A stretch of DNA of 64,000 nt, taken from contig NC_068981.1 of the NCBI RefSeq assembly GCF_001194135.2, positions 22,998,977 to 23,062,976 on the forward strand, read 5' to 3'. Below the pieces are notes generated by a model that was given only the letters and a program-made list of their open reading frames with translations, was not told where the DNA came from and ran no database searches. The DNA is from Octopus bimaculoides (lineage: Eukaryota). Shown here in pieces: positions 50,845-62,960 of this stretch; the stretch's first letter is position 1, and each line of letters begins with the position of its first letter. Made by a program: the position numbers and the translations under genes.

Positions 50845-51180
50845 CTTTGAGAAGGAAATATGCTAAACTGGTGGGGCTATGCCAAAGAATTGGATTGAAC
50901 ACAAGACACAATCCCCTTAAAATGGGATGCAGAGGGTTTGCAAGCCAGTCACCCCGCAGAACTTACCACATGTTTGGCATCACAGGGGCCAGTAAGCAGA
51001 AAGCCACTAAGTTGGCTATGGAGGCAGCTGGATCAGGAGGTGCAAGCCCTGGTAGGAGCAGTGGTACTAGAGGCAATGCTAGCTTTACACAAACTGGGTC
51101 TGAATCAACTCTGGTTATGTCACCTGGGTGAGGGTATCTGATGTTGAAAGACCCAGGTGCATCATAGGATTATGACGTAT
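50845..51180 (+). mobile_element. 3' fragment of a HERO-like non-LTR retrotransposon (restriction-like endonuclease clade)
   Basis: Peptide RRKYAKLVGLC...PLKMGCRGFASQSPRRTYHMFGITGASKQKATKLAMEAA, then WIRRCKPW* in a shifted frame. This matches the recalled HERO C-terminus (KY..LV..C...PIEVGCRGFAGQSL...LGITG...EAAE.ASRWLWIRR) and is followed by a HERO-like 3' UTR (cctgggtgagggtatctgatgttgaaagaccc). Confidence 0.75.
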
Positions 51181-51199
51181 GGGAAAGATTATCAGGCTT

Positions 51200-52452
51200 T
51201 TTTTTTTCATTTGTTTCAGTCATTTGACTGTGGCCATGCTGGAACACCGCCTTTAGTCAAACAAATCGACACCAGGGTTTATTCTTTGTAAGCCTAGTAC
51301 TTATTCTATCGGACACTTTTACCAAACTGCTAAGTTACAGGGACATAAACACACCAACATCGGTTGTCAAGCACATATATATATATGTAGTCTCCTTTAG
51401 AGAGACTTAGAAATATTAATAACTCTATTTCTGAAAACCAGTGGATAGATTCCACTGAAATTAGATAAATAACCTTCGAGNNNNNNNNNNNNNNNNNNNN
51501 NNNNNNNNNNNNNNNNNNNNNNNNNNNNNNNNNNNNNNNNNNNNNNNNNNNNNNNNNNNNNNNNNNNNNNNNNNNNNNNNNNNNNNNNNNNNNNNNNNNN
51601 NNNNNNNNNNNNNNNNNNNNNNNNNNNNNNNNNNNNNNNNNNNNNNNNNNNNNNNNNNNNNNNNNNNNNNNNNNNNNNNNNNNNNNNNNNNNNNNNNNNN
51701 NNNNNNNNNNNNNNNNNNNNNNNNNNNNNNNNNNNNNNNNNNNNNNNNNNNNNNNNNNNNNNNNNNNNNNNNNNNNNNNNNNNNNNNNNNNNNNNNNNNN
51801 NNNNNNNNNNNNNNNNNNNNNNNNNNNNNNNNNNNNNNNNNNNNNNNNNNNNNNNNNNNNNNNNNNNNNNNNNNNNNNNNNNNNNNNNNNNNNNNNNNNN
51901 NNNNNNNNNNNNNNNNNNNNNNNNNNNNNNNNNNNNNNNNNNNNNNNNNNNNNNNNNNNNNNNNNNNNNNNNNNNNNNNNNNNNNNNNNNNNNNNNNNNN
52001 NNNNNNNNNNNNNNNNNNNNNNNNNNNNNNNNNNNNNNNNNNNNNNNNNNNNNNNNNNNNNNNNNNNNNNNNNNNNNNNNNNNNNNNNNNNNNNNNNNNN
52101 NNNNNNNNNNNNNNNNNNNNNNNNNNNNNNNNNNNNNNNNNNNNNNNNNNNNNNNNNNNNNNNNNNNNNNNNNNNNNNNNNNNNNNNNNNNNNNNNNNNN
52201 NNNNNNNNNNNNNNNNNNNNNNNNNNNNNNNNNNNNNNNNNNNNNNNNNNNNNNNNNNNNNNNNNNNATATATATATATATATATATATATATATACGAC
52301 GGGCTTCTTTCAGTTTCCGTCTACCAAATCCACTCACAAGGCTTTGGTCAGCCTCAAGCTATAGTAGAAGACACTTGCCCAAGGCGCCACGCAGTGGGAT
52401 TGAACCTGGAACCATGTGGTTGGTAAGCAAGCTACTTACCACACAGCCACTC
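51200..52452 (-). mobile_element. Family-A SINE halves on either side of a 787-N gap
   Basis: 3' half at about 51200-51372 and 5' half at about 52269-52452. Whether they belong to one element cannot be confirmed across the gap. Confidence 0.65.
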
Positions 52453-52814
52453 AATCCTTTGTTATCGAGTGCTTTCATTGCTTTCTCTATAAATGTAAAC
52501 AGATCTCTTGGTTTCAGTAATAGCACCACTTATTCAACAGAACTACTTTACATGTTGATTTAGTCTTAGTGGCTGAGTATTCCACAGACACCTATGCCTT
52601 CATGTATCAGGCAGAATCAGTGTGACATAGTGTTACCAGGCTGGCTCTTTGAATTACAAGTATATTCCATCCTGACAGGCTTCAAAACAATTTTCTGTCT
52701 ACTCGAGGCTTGGGTTGACTCAAGTTTATGAAAGAAAAAAAAAACACTTGCTCAAGATACCCACATAGTAGGATCAAACTTGGGACCTCATAACTTTGAA
52801 GCAAATTTCTTAAC

Positions 52815-52950
52815 TAGTGGTTAATATGGATCCTAGGGGGTTCATATAAAATTTTTTGAGGTCCATGCAAGCAAAATAGTAAACTAAGGATCAACAGTAG
52901 TATTTTAAGACATCATGAAAAGTTTTGATGAACCCTTTGGGGACGACTGG
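52815..52950. mobile_element. Decayed partial copy of the same hAT MITE
   Basis: ggggttcatataaaattttttgaggtccatgcaagcaaaatagtaaactaaggatc resembles the left part of 20039-20380. Confidence 0.5.
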
Positions 52951-53123
52951 GCCAATCTATCGGTCGAAAAGTCAAGTGATGATGAAGACTGTATTAGTTC
53001 ATTCAATTTCCTACAAGAATATAGTTTTATAGATGTAAGGTAATCACTTTACTTTTTATAATTTTGTGGGGAAAAATACATGCATGTCCTCTGTAGGGCT
53101 TGTGAAAAGGGCTCTGTCTTCTT

Positions 53124-53360
53124 ATTTCTTTATTGCCCACAAGGGGCTAAACATAGAGGGGACAAACAAGGACAGACAAAGGGATTAAGTCGATTATATC
53201 GACCCAGTGCGTAACTGGTACTTAATTTATCGACCTCGAAAGGATGAAAGGCAAAGTCGACCTCGGTGGAATTTGAACTCAGAACGTAAAGACAGACGAA
53301 ATACCACTAAGCATTTCACCCGGCGTGCTAACGTTTCTGCCAGCTCGCCACCTTTTAGAT
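53124..53360 (-). mobile_element. tRNA-derived SINE, family D
   Basis: Reverse strand ggcgagctggcagaaacgttagc...gagttcaaattcc (B-box). 15-bp TSD gggctctgtcttctt at 53109-53123 and 53361-53375. Decayed relatives lie at about 300-470, 8940-9130 and 25560-25750. Confidence 0.88.
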
Positions 53361-53874
53361 GGGCTCTGTCTTCTTGGCACTGAAACTCCAAATGAGGCTC
53401 TGTCTCCAAAGGGTTAAGATGTAAATATTGCAAGAAAGGTTATTTTCTCTAATGTTATACATAGTTTAATATCATTCTGGCCATTGAAACATGTTCTCAT
53501 AGAGAGTGCTTGTACAAATCTACACAAGTCAACATTATTTTTGACATGTTGCCACAAGTTAAACAAAGTAAGAACTGGGTCCAACAAAATAGTAATGAAA
53601 GAGACTCATACATAAAAAATGGTTGAAAACTACTGCTCTTGACTATTTGTATCCATGCTTTCTCTCTACTAATAATGAACACACCTAATTTCACCAGACT
53701 GTGAAGTACAGTACATGGAATAGTCATAAAGCGCCTGCTTCAAAATATATTCTATTTCATAATCACCACCAGCTTATAAACCAAGTCAAAAGTTTACAAT
53801 CACCTGCATTAGTTGTCACACTTTACTTCATTCATGTAGGGCAGCTTGTCTCTTTTCAGCAATAGGTAATCAAG

Positions 53875-54360
53875 CCAATGAGAGGGTCTCTACATAGCTG
53901 ACCGACCTGCTAAAAATAGCAATTGAATCTCCTTCACATCACCTCCTACCATCTTATGAAAAGGAGGGACACTTTGAACAAAGTCCCAGATATACTATCT
54001 GAATAAAGATTGGAAGGACAGTTTGATCAGATTTTAATCAAGACTGAACAATGAGGTTAAACAACAACCAGTGGCTAATGAGAGCCTCTCTATATGGTCA
54101 TTTGTTCGGCTAGAAATAGCAGCCAAACATTCCTCAATGATGCATTACCATCTAAAAAATTAAAGGCCACATAGGATAATCAGGGTTCCATCAGGGTTAA
54201 GCAACAACCACAAATGGTAGGCAGTGACTAAGTGTTAATGCCAGAACCAGATAGTGACTATAACACAGAGGTTGGGGAGAGTAAAGTCAAGTGGAATAAA
54301 CAAAAGAGCCTCCACATGGTCACTCAACTCTCTAGAAATAGCAACCAAATATCCTTGGGT
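53875..54360 (+). repeat. Three decayed head-to-tail copies of an unclassified ~190-220-bp repeat (family F)
   Basis: The motif gagagcctctacatggtca...ctgctagaaatagcagccaaat recurs at about 53880, 54080 and 54305. Confidence 0.7.
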
Positions 54361-56173
54361 CGATTCCTACGACTAAAAGCCTTCAAGGCAGTGCCCCAGC
54401 ATGGCCACAATTTAGTGGCTGAAACAAGTAAAAGAATAATTGTCATCATCTGCTTCAATCTACAATGTACATATAGTATCAGAATGGTTTCAAACTAGAA
54501 ACCTTTATCTCTATGAATGTTATTACTCTTAGTTTTGAAATAAAGGTTCTTAACATGGTACTACATACAGGTTTTACCTGTGTCAGTCAATGGACTGTGG
54601 CCGTGCTGGAGCACTGCCTTGACAGGTTTAAGTTGACCAAATTGACCCCAGTGCTTATTTCTTAAGTCTGGCACTTATTTTACTAGTTTCTTTTGCTGAA
54701 CCGTCAAGTTACAGGGACATAAGGGGGGAGGGGGGAGGAACCAACACCAGTTGTCAACTGTGGTAGGGGGACAAACAGAAAAGGGGAACAAACACAAAGA
54801 CACATCATCATCATCATTTAATGTCCACAGTTTCACCCACAAGGTTTGGCTGGGGCTCTATCAGAAGACACTTGCCTAAAGTATTGTGCAGTGGGATTGA
54901 ACCCAAAACCATGAGGATGCAGCGTAAACCATTTAACCACACTCATGTCTGCCTAAATTTTCATAATCTCGCAAGGCATATCCAGAAATAAGACCCTGGA
55001 TAAGAACCACAAATCAAAATCATGAAATTGTAGAATAGATATAAGGACTAGAATATTTTAGCTCTAAAGATGAGGTTAAGAATTACAAACATTTTAATAG
55101 CATTATCAAGTCCTCACATCTGACGTTTAGATATTTAATATATCCTATCGTAACTGAATTTCTTTATTGAATTCAAGGCATCAATGGAGAAAAGATCAAT
55201 GAGGAAATTTATACAATAAAATTTAGATATTATATTTATTAAAGAATACATTTAATAAATCTTAATTAAAAACACATGAAAATTAAAGTCTCCCACGAGC
55301 CATTTTACAGCTTTATTGCTGTTTTTATGAGCAAAATGTTTAGATAATTTTATAATCATTATCAAATATGTATTAATAACATTACGGACTCATAAAAATT
55401 ATCTAATATAGCTATTAATCAGTAGCTGTAAAATAGTTCTAATGAATTTAAAATTTTTCTTTCACGCACACAAAACAGAAACCCATATATGATAAGAGAA
55501 ATAAAAATGCAAGATGCCGTTAGACTTCAATAATAAGGTGAGTATCCCCAGGGGCTGAGGAATATGTCCACCAGGAAGTAAAACTTGTGTGCATGTGTGT
55601 GTAAGGGTCTTTAATGTAGCATATTAACAAAGGTGTAGACATAGCTGTGTAGTTAAGAAGCTCACTTTGTGACCATGTGGTTTTGAGTTCAGTCCCACTG
55701 CATGGTACCTTGGCTAAATGTTTTCTCATAGACTGAGTAATGCCTTGTGAGTGAATCTGGTAGACAGAAATTGTGTAGAAACCAGTCGCGCGCGCGTGCA
55801 TGCGTGCGTGCGTGCGTGAGAGAGAGAGAGACCACCTCTTGAGGACCTTAGCAGCTTGGGCAAAAGAGACAGGTAGCATAAATACCAGACTTTAAAAAAT
55901 GCGTAAGCACTGGGGTTGATTTGTTCAGCTAAACTCTTCAGGGTGGTGCCCCAGCATGGCCACTCCAATGTCTAAAACCAGTAAAAGATATATTAGAAAT
56001 CCTTACACAAAGAAGACAAGGATCTCAACTAAAAGTATTCTGCTCAACTAAAGTATTTTTTTAAAGCTTGGTACTTATTTTATCAGTCTTTTCCACCAAA
56101 CTGCTAAGTTACAGAGATATAACACACTAACACCAGTTGTCAAGCAGTGGTGGGAGACGAACACAGACACAAA

Positions 56174-56213
<40 letters not shown>

Positions 56214-56850
56214 TACATATATAACAGGCTTCTTTCAGTTTCTGTCTACCAATTCCACTCACAAGGCTTAGCAGAAGACACTTGCCCAAGGTGTGAAACA
56301 GTAAGGACTGAACCCAGAACCATGTGGTTGGGAAGCAAGCTTCTTAACACACAGCCACACTATGTCTGAAAATATGTACAAGATGGTCTACAACTGAAAT
56401 GACTTTGATCCAAAATATGTTTGATCAACATTAAATAACAACAAAAGTAGATTCAAAGGATTGCATTGGATTATACATGAACTACAAACACAGATACACA
56501 GATAAAAAAGTTAATCTCTTTAAGAACCATAAAGTGTGTCTGTAAAGCTACAACCTAATTACTGTTTCTGTAGCATTAAGCTGATGCCAAATATTGCCAG
56601 TGGCAGTTCACTAATCCATTGGAAGTTATTTTCTCATTTGTTCAGTTAGATGAATGGACACACAGAATAAAGAAAGTAGCCAGTCAAACAGAATATAGTA
56701 AAATGCTTGCAGAGGATTTGAACTTACAAATCATGAATTGATTACGCCAATATTTTATCCACTTGGCAGTTTCACCTCTACAACAGTAGAATAGTAGAGA
56801 AATATGGCATAACAGTTGGTCCCAGAGATCTGAAGAAAATATTCTTTACA

Positions 56851-57065
56851 TTTACTCTTTTACTCTCTTTTACTTGTTTCAGTCATTTGACTGTGGCCAT
56901 GCTGGAGCACCGCCTTTTTAGCCGAGCTAATCGACCACAGGACTTATTCTTTGTAAGCCTAGTACTTATTCTATCGGTCTCTTTTGCCGAACTGCTAAGT
57001 TACGGGGACGTAAACACACAAGCATCGGTTGTCAAGCGATGTTGGGGGGACAAACACAGAAACAG

Positions 57066-57106
<41 letters not shown>

Positions 57107-57269
57107 CGACGGGCTTCTTTCAGTTTCCGTCTACCAAATCCACTCACAAGGCTTTGGTCGGCCCAAGGATATAGTAAAAGACACTTGCCCAAGGTGTCAC
57201 ACAGTGGGACTGAACCCGGAACCATGTGGATCGTAAGCATGCTACTTACCACAAGCCACTCCTACACCT
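56851..57269 (-). mobile_element. Family-A SINE, full length and young
   Basis: Close to consensus with CpGs retained. Further older copies lie at about 1040, 1800, 8570, 16310, 18150, 18590, 21175, 26250, 29770, 31300, 33060, 34410, 40300, 41650, 54575, 55620 and 56060. Confidence 0.9.
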
Positions 57270-57544
57270 GGTCCTACATTTGCTCCTTATTATCTTACCT
57301 TTTGCTTGTTTCAGTCATTGGACTGTGGCCATGCTGGAGCACTGCCTCAAAAGGTTTAGTCAATCTAACCAGCGCCAATATTTATTTTTAAAGCCCGATA
57401 CTTATTCTACCAGTCTCTTTTGCTGAATCGCTAAGTTAGAGGGACATAAACACACCAACACCAGTTGGCAAACAGTGGCAGGGGACCAACACAAAGACAC
57501 ACATGATTTGCTTCCACAGTTTCCATCTACTAAATTCTCTCACA

Positions 57545-57850
57545 GTGGAGGCGCAATGGCCCAGTGGTTAGAGTAGTGGACTCGCGGTCGGAAGATCGCG
57601 GTTTCAATTCCCAGACCGGGCGTTGTGTTTATTGAGAGAAAACACCTAAAAGCTCCACGAGGCTCCGGCAGGGGTGGTGGCGACCCCTGTTGCACTCTTT
57701 CGCCCCAACTTTCTCACTCTTTCTTTCCGTTTCTTGAGTAACGCTGCAATGGACTGGCATCCCGTCCAGCTGGGGGGAACACATATGCCATAGAAACCGG
57801 GAAACCGGGCCCATGAGCCTGGCTAGGCTTTAAAAGGGCGCATGAAAATG
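57545..57850 (+). mobile_element. tRNA-derived SINE, head C + tail 2, inserted in an older family-A SINE
   Basis: Nearly identical to 3839-4151. 13-bp TSD aaattc(t/a)ctcaca at 57532-57544 and 57851-57863. Confidence 0.9.
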
Positions 57851-58099
57851 AAATTCACTCACAAGATTTTAGTCAGTCTGGAGTTATGGTAGAAGACACT
57901 TGCAGAGGTGCTGCATAGTGGAACTGCAGCTGAAACTGCATAATTGCAAAGTGAGCTTTTTAACCACACAGCCATGCCTGTGTCTATGTCCACTGTTGTC
58001 CATTGTTTCATCTACAAGGCCTAATAAATGCTAAATTGACTTGATATGTCTTCTCTAAAACAAAACAAAAAAATAAACATAAGGTTCCTTCTTGAGTCA

Positions 58100-58322
58100 T
58101 ATGGACTCATAAAGCTGGCTTCCCAGTTTTTGTGGTGTACATATTCCACCCTGGATAGGAGGCCAGTCCATCGCAGGTTTACTAATTTTTGCCAGCTGAG
58201 TGGATTGGAGCAATACAAAATGAAACACTTTGTTCAAGAACACAATGCATTGCCCAGTCCAGGAATTGAAACTACAATTTTACAATCATGAGTCCAACAC
58301 TTTAACCACTAAGCCATGTGCA
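58100..58322 (-). mobile_element. tRNA-derived SINE, head E + tail 2
   Basis: Reverse complement is collinear with 3058-3280. Confidence 0.75.
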
Positions 58323-61056
58323 TCTACCTTCTCTATCACTGTTAACTCACGACAGGTCCCCCCGCCCCCCAAAGCTAAAGAGAAAGCCTCAATGTGATTG
58401 CATGACCTGCTAGAAATACCAGTAAATCTTCTGCCATAAAAAAGGGAAAGGACACATTAGTTAATGTAGTCCAACATACATTGTGCCTAAGAAAACAGAA
58501 AAGGCAGAATGATTACGGCTGGAATGCTTTTGATCATAAGTTTCCTGATTTAAGGTTGATTTGGGGATGAAAAACAGCAACATGTCTAGATCAATTCAAG
58601 CTGTCTTGTTCAAATGCAGAGAGAGAGAGAGAGAACATTTAAAAAATAACTGGCTTACTTTCACCAACGAATATCATTGTGAAGCCTGTTCACTGAAGTG
58701 CCACCTTCTACAGTGCAACTGCTTTCAATTAGCAAAAAGAGATACCAAATACAAAATTACATTCATACCAGCTTCCCTAATTCTAACAATTCATTGATAA
58801 TTTGCCAGTAAGTCAGACAGAGCACAATTATAAATACAAGTCATTAACTAATATTTAGTATTCTTTATTATGTAAACCCTTTACATAACAACCCACCTCA
58901 GACCAGCTCTTGTTCCATGCTATGACCGAATAAAAATTGCTCATATTAAAAATGGTTGTTATATGAATGATTACTTTGACTAGAAATCTTCATTGTAGTT
59001 TTATACATGGAAACTTCTTTGTTAAGTTGCATTCCAGCAAGTTTCAATGTACAGAACTCATTAATATATTAGAAGAGAAAAACAGAGAGATGGTGGATCA
59101 AGAAGTGGAAGTAAGAGGAGAAAAAAAGCTTTGATAAGCATTAGTGTTGCACATCATTATCGTTTAATGTCCGTTGTCCATGCTGGCATGGGGTGGATGG
59201 TTTGACATGGAGCTGGCCAGCAGGGAGTTGTCCAGACTCCAGTTCTATGACTGGATGCCCAAGAGATCCCTTACTTGTAAAATAAGCAAGTGTTAGTGAC
59301 AGGAAGAATATCCAGCTGTAAAACACTGCCTAAGTAATACATTCATCTAACCCAAACAAGCATGGCAAAACAGCAGTAAAAACAAACAAGGTATATGTGC
59401 ATATGTGTGTGTGTGTGTGTGTGTGTGGCATGTAAAAGCACCCACTATACTCTCGGAGTGGTTGGCGTTAGAAAGGGCATCCAGCTGTAGAAACTCTGCC
59501 GGATTAGATTGCAGTCTGGTGCAGCCATCTAGTTCACCAGTCCTCAGTCAAATCGTCCAACCCATGCTAGCATGGAAAGCGGACGTTAAACGATGATGAT
59601 GATGATATATAAATATAAGCAGATTTCATAAAGGCCATATATTCTAAACACCATAATTTTCAGCTCTTGCTCTCTTTCTGAAGATTACAATAATCACAAT
59701 AAAAACATACATGTGCATGCATATACACATTTTCGACAAATGTGGTATCAAACATTATCTGAGTACAAAATGTGCGTATGGGAAGAAAATTAGTTTTCCA
59801 CAACGTCTTCATCAGATACTGCTATTTGAGATGGTGACTGTCAAAATGCAATTGAAATCTTGCATTATGCACAAGAAATCAAAGAAACAAATTAAATGTC
59901 ACTATTAAAATATCAGTTGACATAAACTGTGATCTGATGATGGCATTAAGAATGGAGATATATCAGGCAACCAGCAGTAAAACTAACTGCAAATGTTTAA
60001 TGTCAAATATCACAAGCACATGCATGCACACACACACACACACAAGTGCTTGCACAGAATCATATATACATGGTTAATGGTAGGATTTTTAAAAAAATAT
60101 TGTAAAATAAAGAAGAGAGATTCCATTCTTCCACTAATTTCAGTGATTTTCTTGAACCAGTAAAACAACTCTTCATGACATAAGTAGGGCACCTGTTAAG
60201 ACTTGGATTGGAAAACTGAACTTAAATCTGTGAACATTTTCTACAGAACTTCTCATATTATGAAATCACACTTCATGTTGTCTAACCTAGGCTTGGTAAC
60301 CAACTGCATCAACAAACACAAAAGAGATAGAGAGAGAATTCATTGTCACATCAACATCCGATACATAATCCTTGCTACTCTCATGTTAAATTAACTTCAA
60401 ACATCCAGGCGTCATAAGCATCTTGTCATCACTTCTGGTGTATTACATGTATGACTAAGTTGTTTAGTAAATTCAACTATTTTTAACAGGATATCTTAAA
60501 ACCAAAGCACCACATAAACAGCTTTAGTGCTGGTGCTACGTAAAAGGAACTCATGATGATGCCACGTAAAACGTACTGGTGATGGTGCCACATAAAAAGC
60601 ATTGGTGATGGTGCCATGTAAAAATGCACCCAGCACACTTTGTAAAGTGGTTGGCATTAGAAAAGGTGTCAAGCTGTAGAAACCGAGCCAAAGCAAACTA
60701 TGGAACCTGGTGCATCCCCTGGCCTCGCCAGATCCTGTCAAGCCATCCAACCTATGCCAACATAAAAACAGACATCAAATGATGATGATGATGGAGTGAA
60801 GTTTGATTGCTATTTCTAGTTGGTAACTCAACTTAGAATCTTCATGCCACAGATCAAATCTATAAGAGCAGACCTGAAGCTGATCAACACAGACTCTCAT
60901 ACTCAATGTTCTCAAACACAAAACACAAAACATCTAGTGAGTGAATTGGGTACGTGGAAACTGTGTAGAATCCCATTTACATATATCATCATTATTTAAC
61001 TTCTGTTGTCCATGCTGGTATGCGTTGGCTGGCATGCCGCACCAGATTCCAGTCTG

Positions 61057-61105
<49 letters not shown>

Positions 61106-61115
61106 NNNNNNNNNN

Positions 61116-61163
<48 letters not shown>

Positions 61164-61447
61164 GTTTGTTTTTATGTGTCTTTATGTTTGTTACACACAG
61201 AGCTTGAAAACCAGTGCTGGTTTATTTACATCTCCACAGCTTAGTAGTTTGACAAAAGAGGCTGATAGAATGAGTACTAGACTTCCAAAAAAAAATAACT
61301 ACTGAGGTCAATTTGTTGTACTAAACCTTTCAAGAAGGTGTCCCAGTATGGCTGCCGTTCAATGATTGAAACAAGGAAAAGAGAATGTTTTTTTTAGGAT
61401 TTATAATAAACATTAAAATTAGACTACTAGAAAATTTTGTTTGATTC

Positions 61448-61530
61448 AATCAGCAATTTAAAATCCACTGCTTAGTGGATTTTAAATTGCTGGTTTTAAA
61501 TTTGATTTTAAATTGCTGATTTTAAATTTG
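61448..61530. repeat. 22-bp hairpin followed by short tandem copies of its right arm
   Basis: aatcagcaatttaaaatccact-gctt-agtggattttaaattgctggtt, then further ttttaaatt(t/gct)g units. Confidence 0.9.
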
Positions 61531-62558
61531 TGGCAGCTTTGCCACAAATTCTAGGCATCACAATCATTGGTGATCTTCCCTGTTTTGTAAATTTCTTCAG
61601 TCACATATAACAACCATAATCAGGTTAGATAACAAATAAAACTCTATACCCTACATATGACTACTTCAAGCACACAAATAGAAATAAAACAAAAATCACT
61701 TGAAATAATACATTTATAGTTGAAAATGTCAAACTACTGGTTTGATTAACAAGACACATTCCCCACTCCCCTACACACACAAACTAGAAAAAGAACAACA
61801 AAGATAAAATAAGACAAAAGATGTGAGATCAGGCATTATTGAAGAAGATGCTATTTACAACCATCCAGCTTCATCTTAATTTGGTACTCTTCCAAAAAAA
61901 GTTCAATGCATCAGATCTTTAATCAAAAACTATTTATGTCATCTGCAAAAGATCTTTCTTTCATGCAGGAAACAAACAATTTTTCTCAAAAATACATCAA
62001 AAAGCAAACAAAAATTTCTGTGTTAAGACCATCTTTGCAGATTATTCACATAAGCGCAAGCTCAATTTCCCATCTTTAATAAATGGTTTTTGTTTTTGTT
62101 TTTTTTTTCATCAGAGAGACTTAATGCTTAAAGATTGGATCATTAAGTTTCTACTGATCTACCTCAGCACCAGCTCACAAAAGCTTACAACTATACCAGC
62201 ATATATCAACACAACTGAAATATTTATAACGTAAGATATGCTATGTTTTCAAGATAGTCAGGAAGGAGACAGCACCTCTGCCCTTTTCGGGGCCTCTGAA
62301 ACTCCTTGAAGAAAAAGGGCAGGAAATGGTGACTTGTTACAGACTTTTGATCTAAGAGGGTTTCCACAGTTTTCATCGATCCAGTTCCAAACAAGGTTTA
62401 GATCTACCCCCAAAGTTATTAACTTCTATGTTTTACCTGTTTCAGTCATTGGACTGTAGCCAAGCAGGGTCAACATGTTGAAGTGTTTAGTTGAACAAAC
62501 TGATTCCAATACTTTTATTCTTTTGCCAAACTGCTAAGTTACAAGAATATAAACAAAC

Positions 62559-62960
62559 AGGCATAGGAGTGGCTGTGTGGTAAGTAGCTTGCTTACGAAC
62601 CACATGGTTCTGGGTTCAGTCCCACTGTGTGGCACATTTGGGCAAGTGTCTTCTACTATAGCCTCGGGCCAACCAAAGCCTTGTAAGTGGATTTGGTAGA
62701 CGGAAACTGAAAGAAGCCTGTCGTATATATGTATATGTGTCTGTGTGTGTATATGTTTGTGTGTATGTTTGTCCGCCCAACATCGCTAGACAACCGATGC
62801 TGGTGTGTTTACGTCCCCGTAACTTAGCAGTTTGGCAAAAGAGGCCCAATAGAATAAGTACTAGGCATACAAAGAATAAGTCCTGAGGTCGATTTGCTTG
62901 ACTAAAGGTGTTGCTCCAGCATGGCCACACTCAAATGACTGAAACAAGTAAAAGAGTAAA
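62559..62960 (+). mobile_element. Family-A SINE, full length, nested in an older antisense family-A copy
   Basis: The host 3' half (about 62425-62558) ends ...taaacaaac and resumes cagcattggtagtcaag after the insertion. Confidence 0.8.

Noticed and set aside
51330-52337. 335-aa and other long ORFs containing X runs (also 15335-15769 and 18896-19285)
   Set aside because: Artefacts of N gaps.
58659-58677. ATG ATA TTC GTT GGT GAA A|GTAAGC as a possible CERK start exon
   Set aside because: Phase-compatible but only six codons with no resemblance to CERK N-termini; no independent support.
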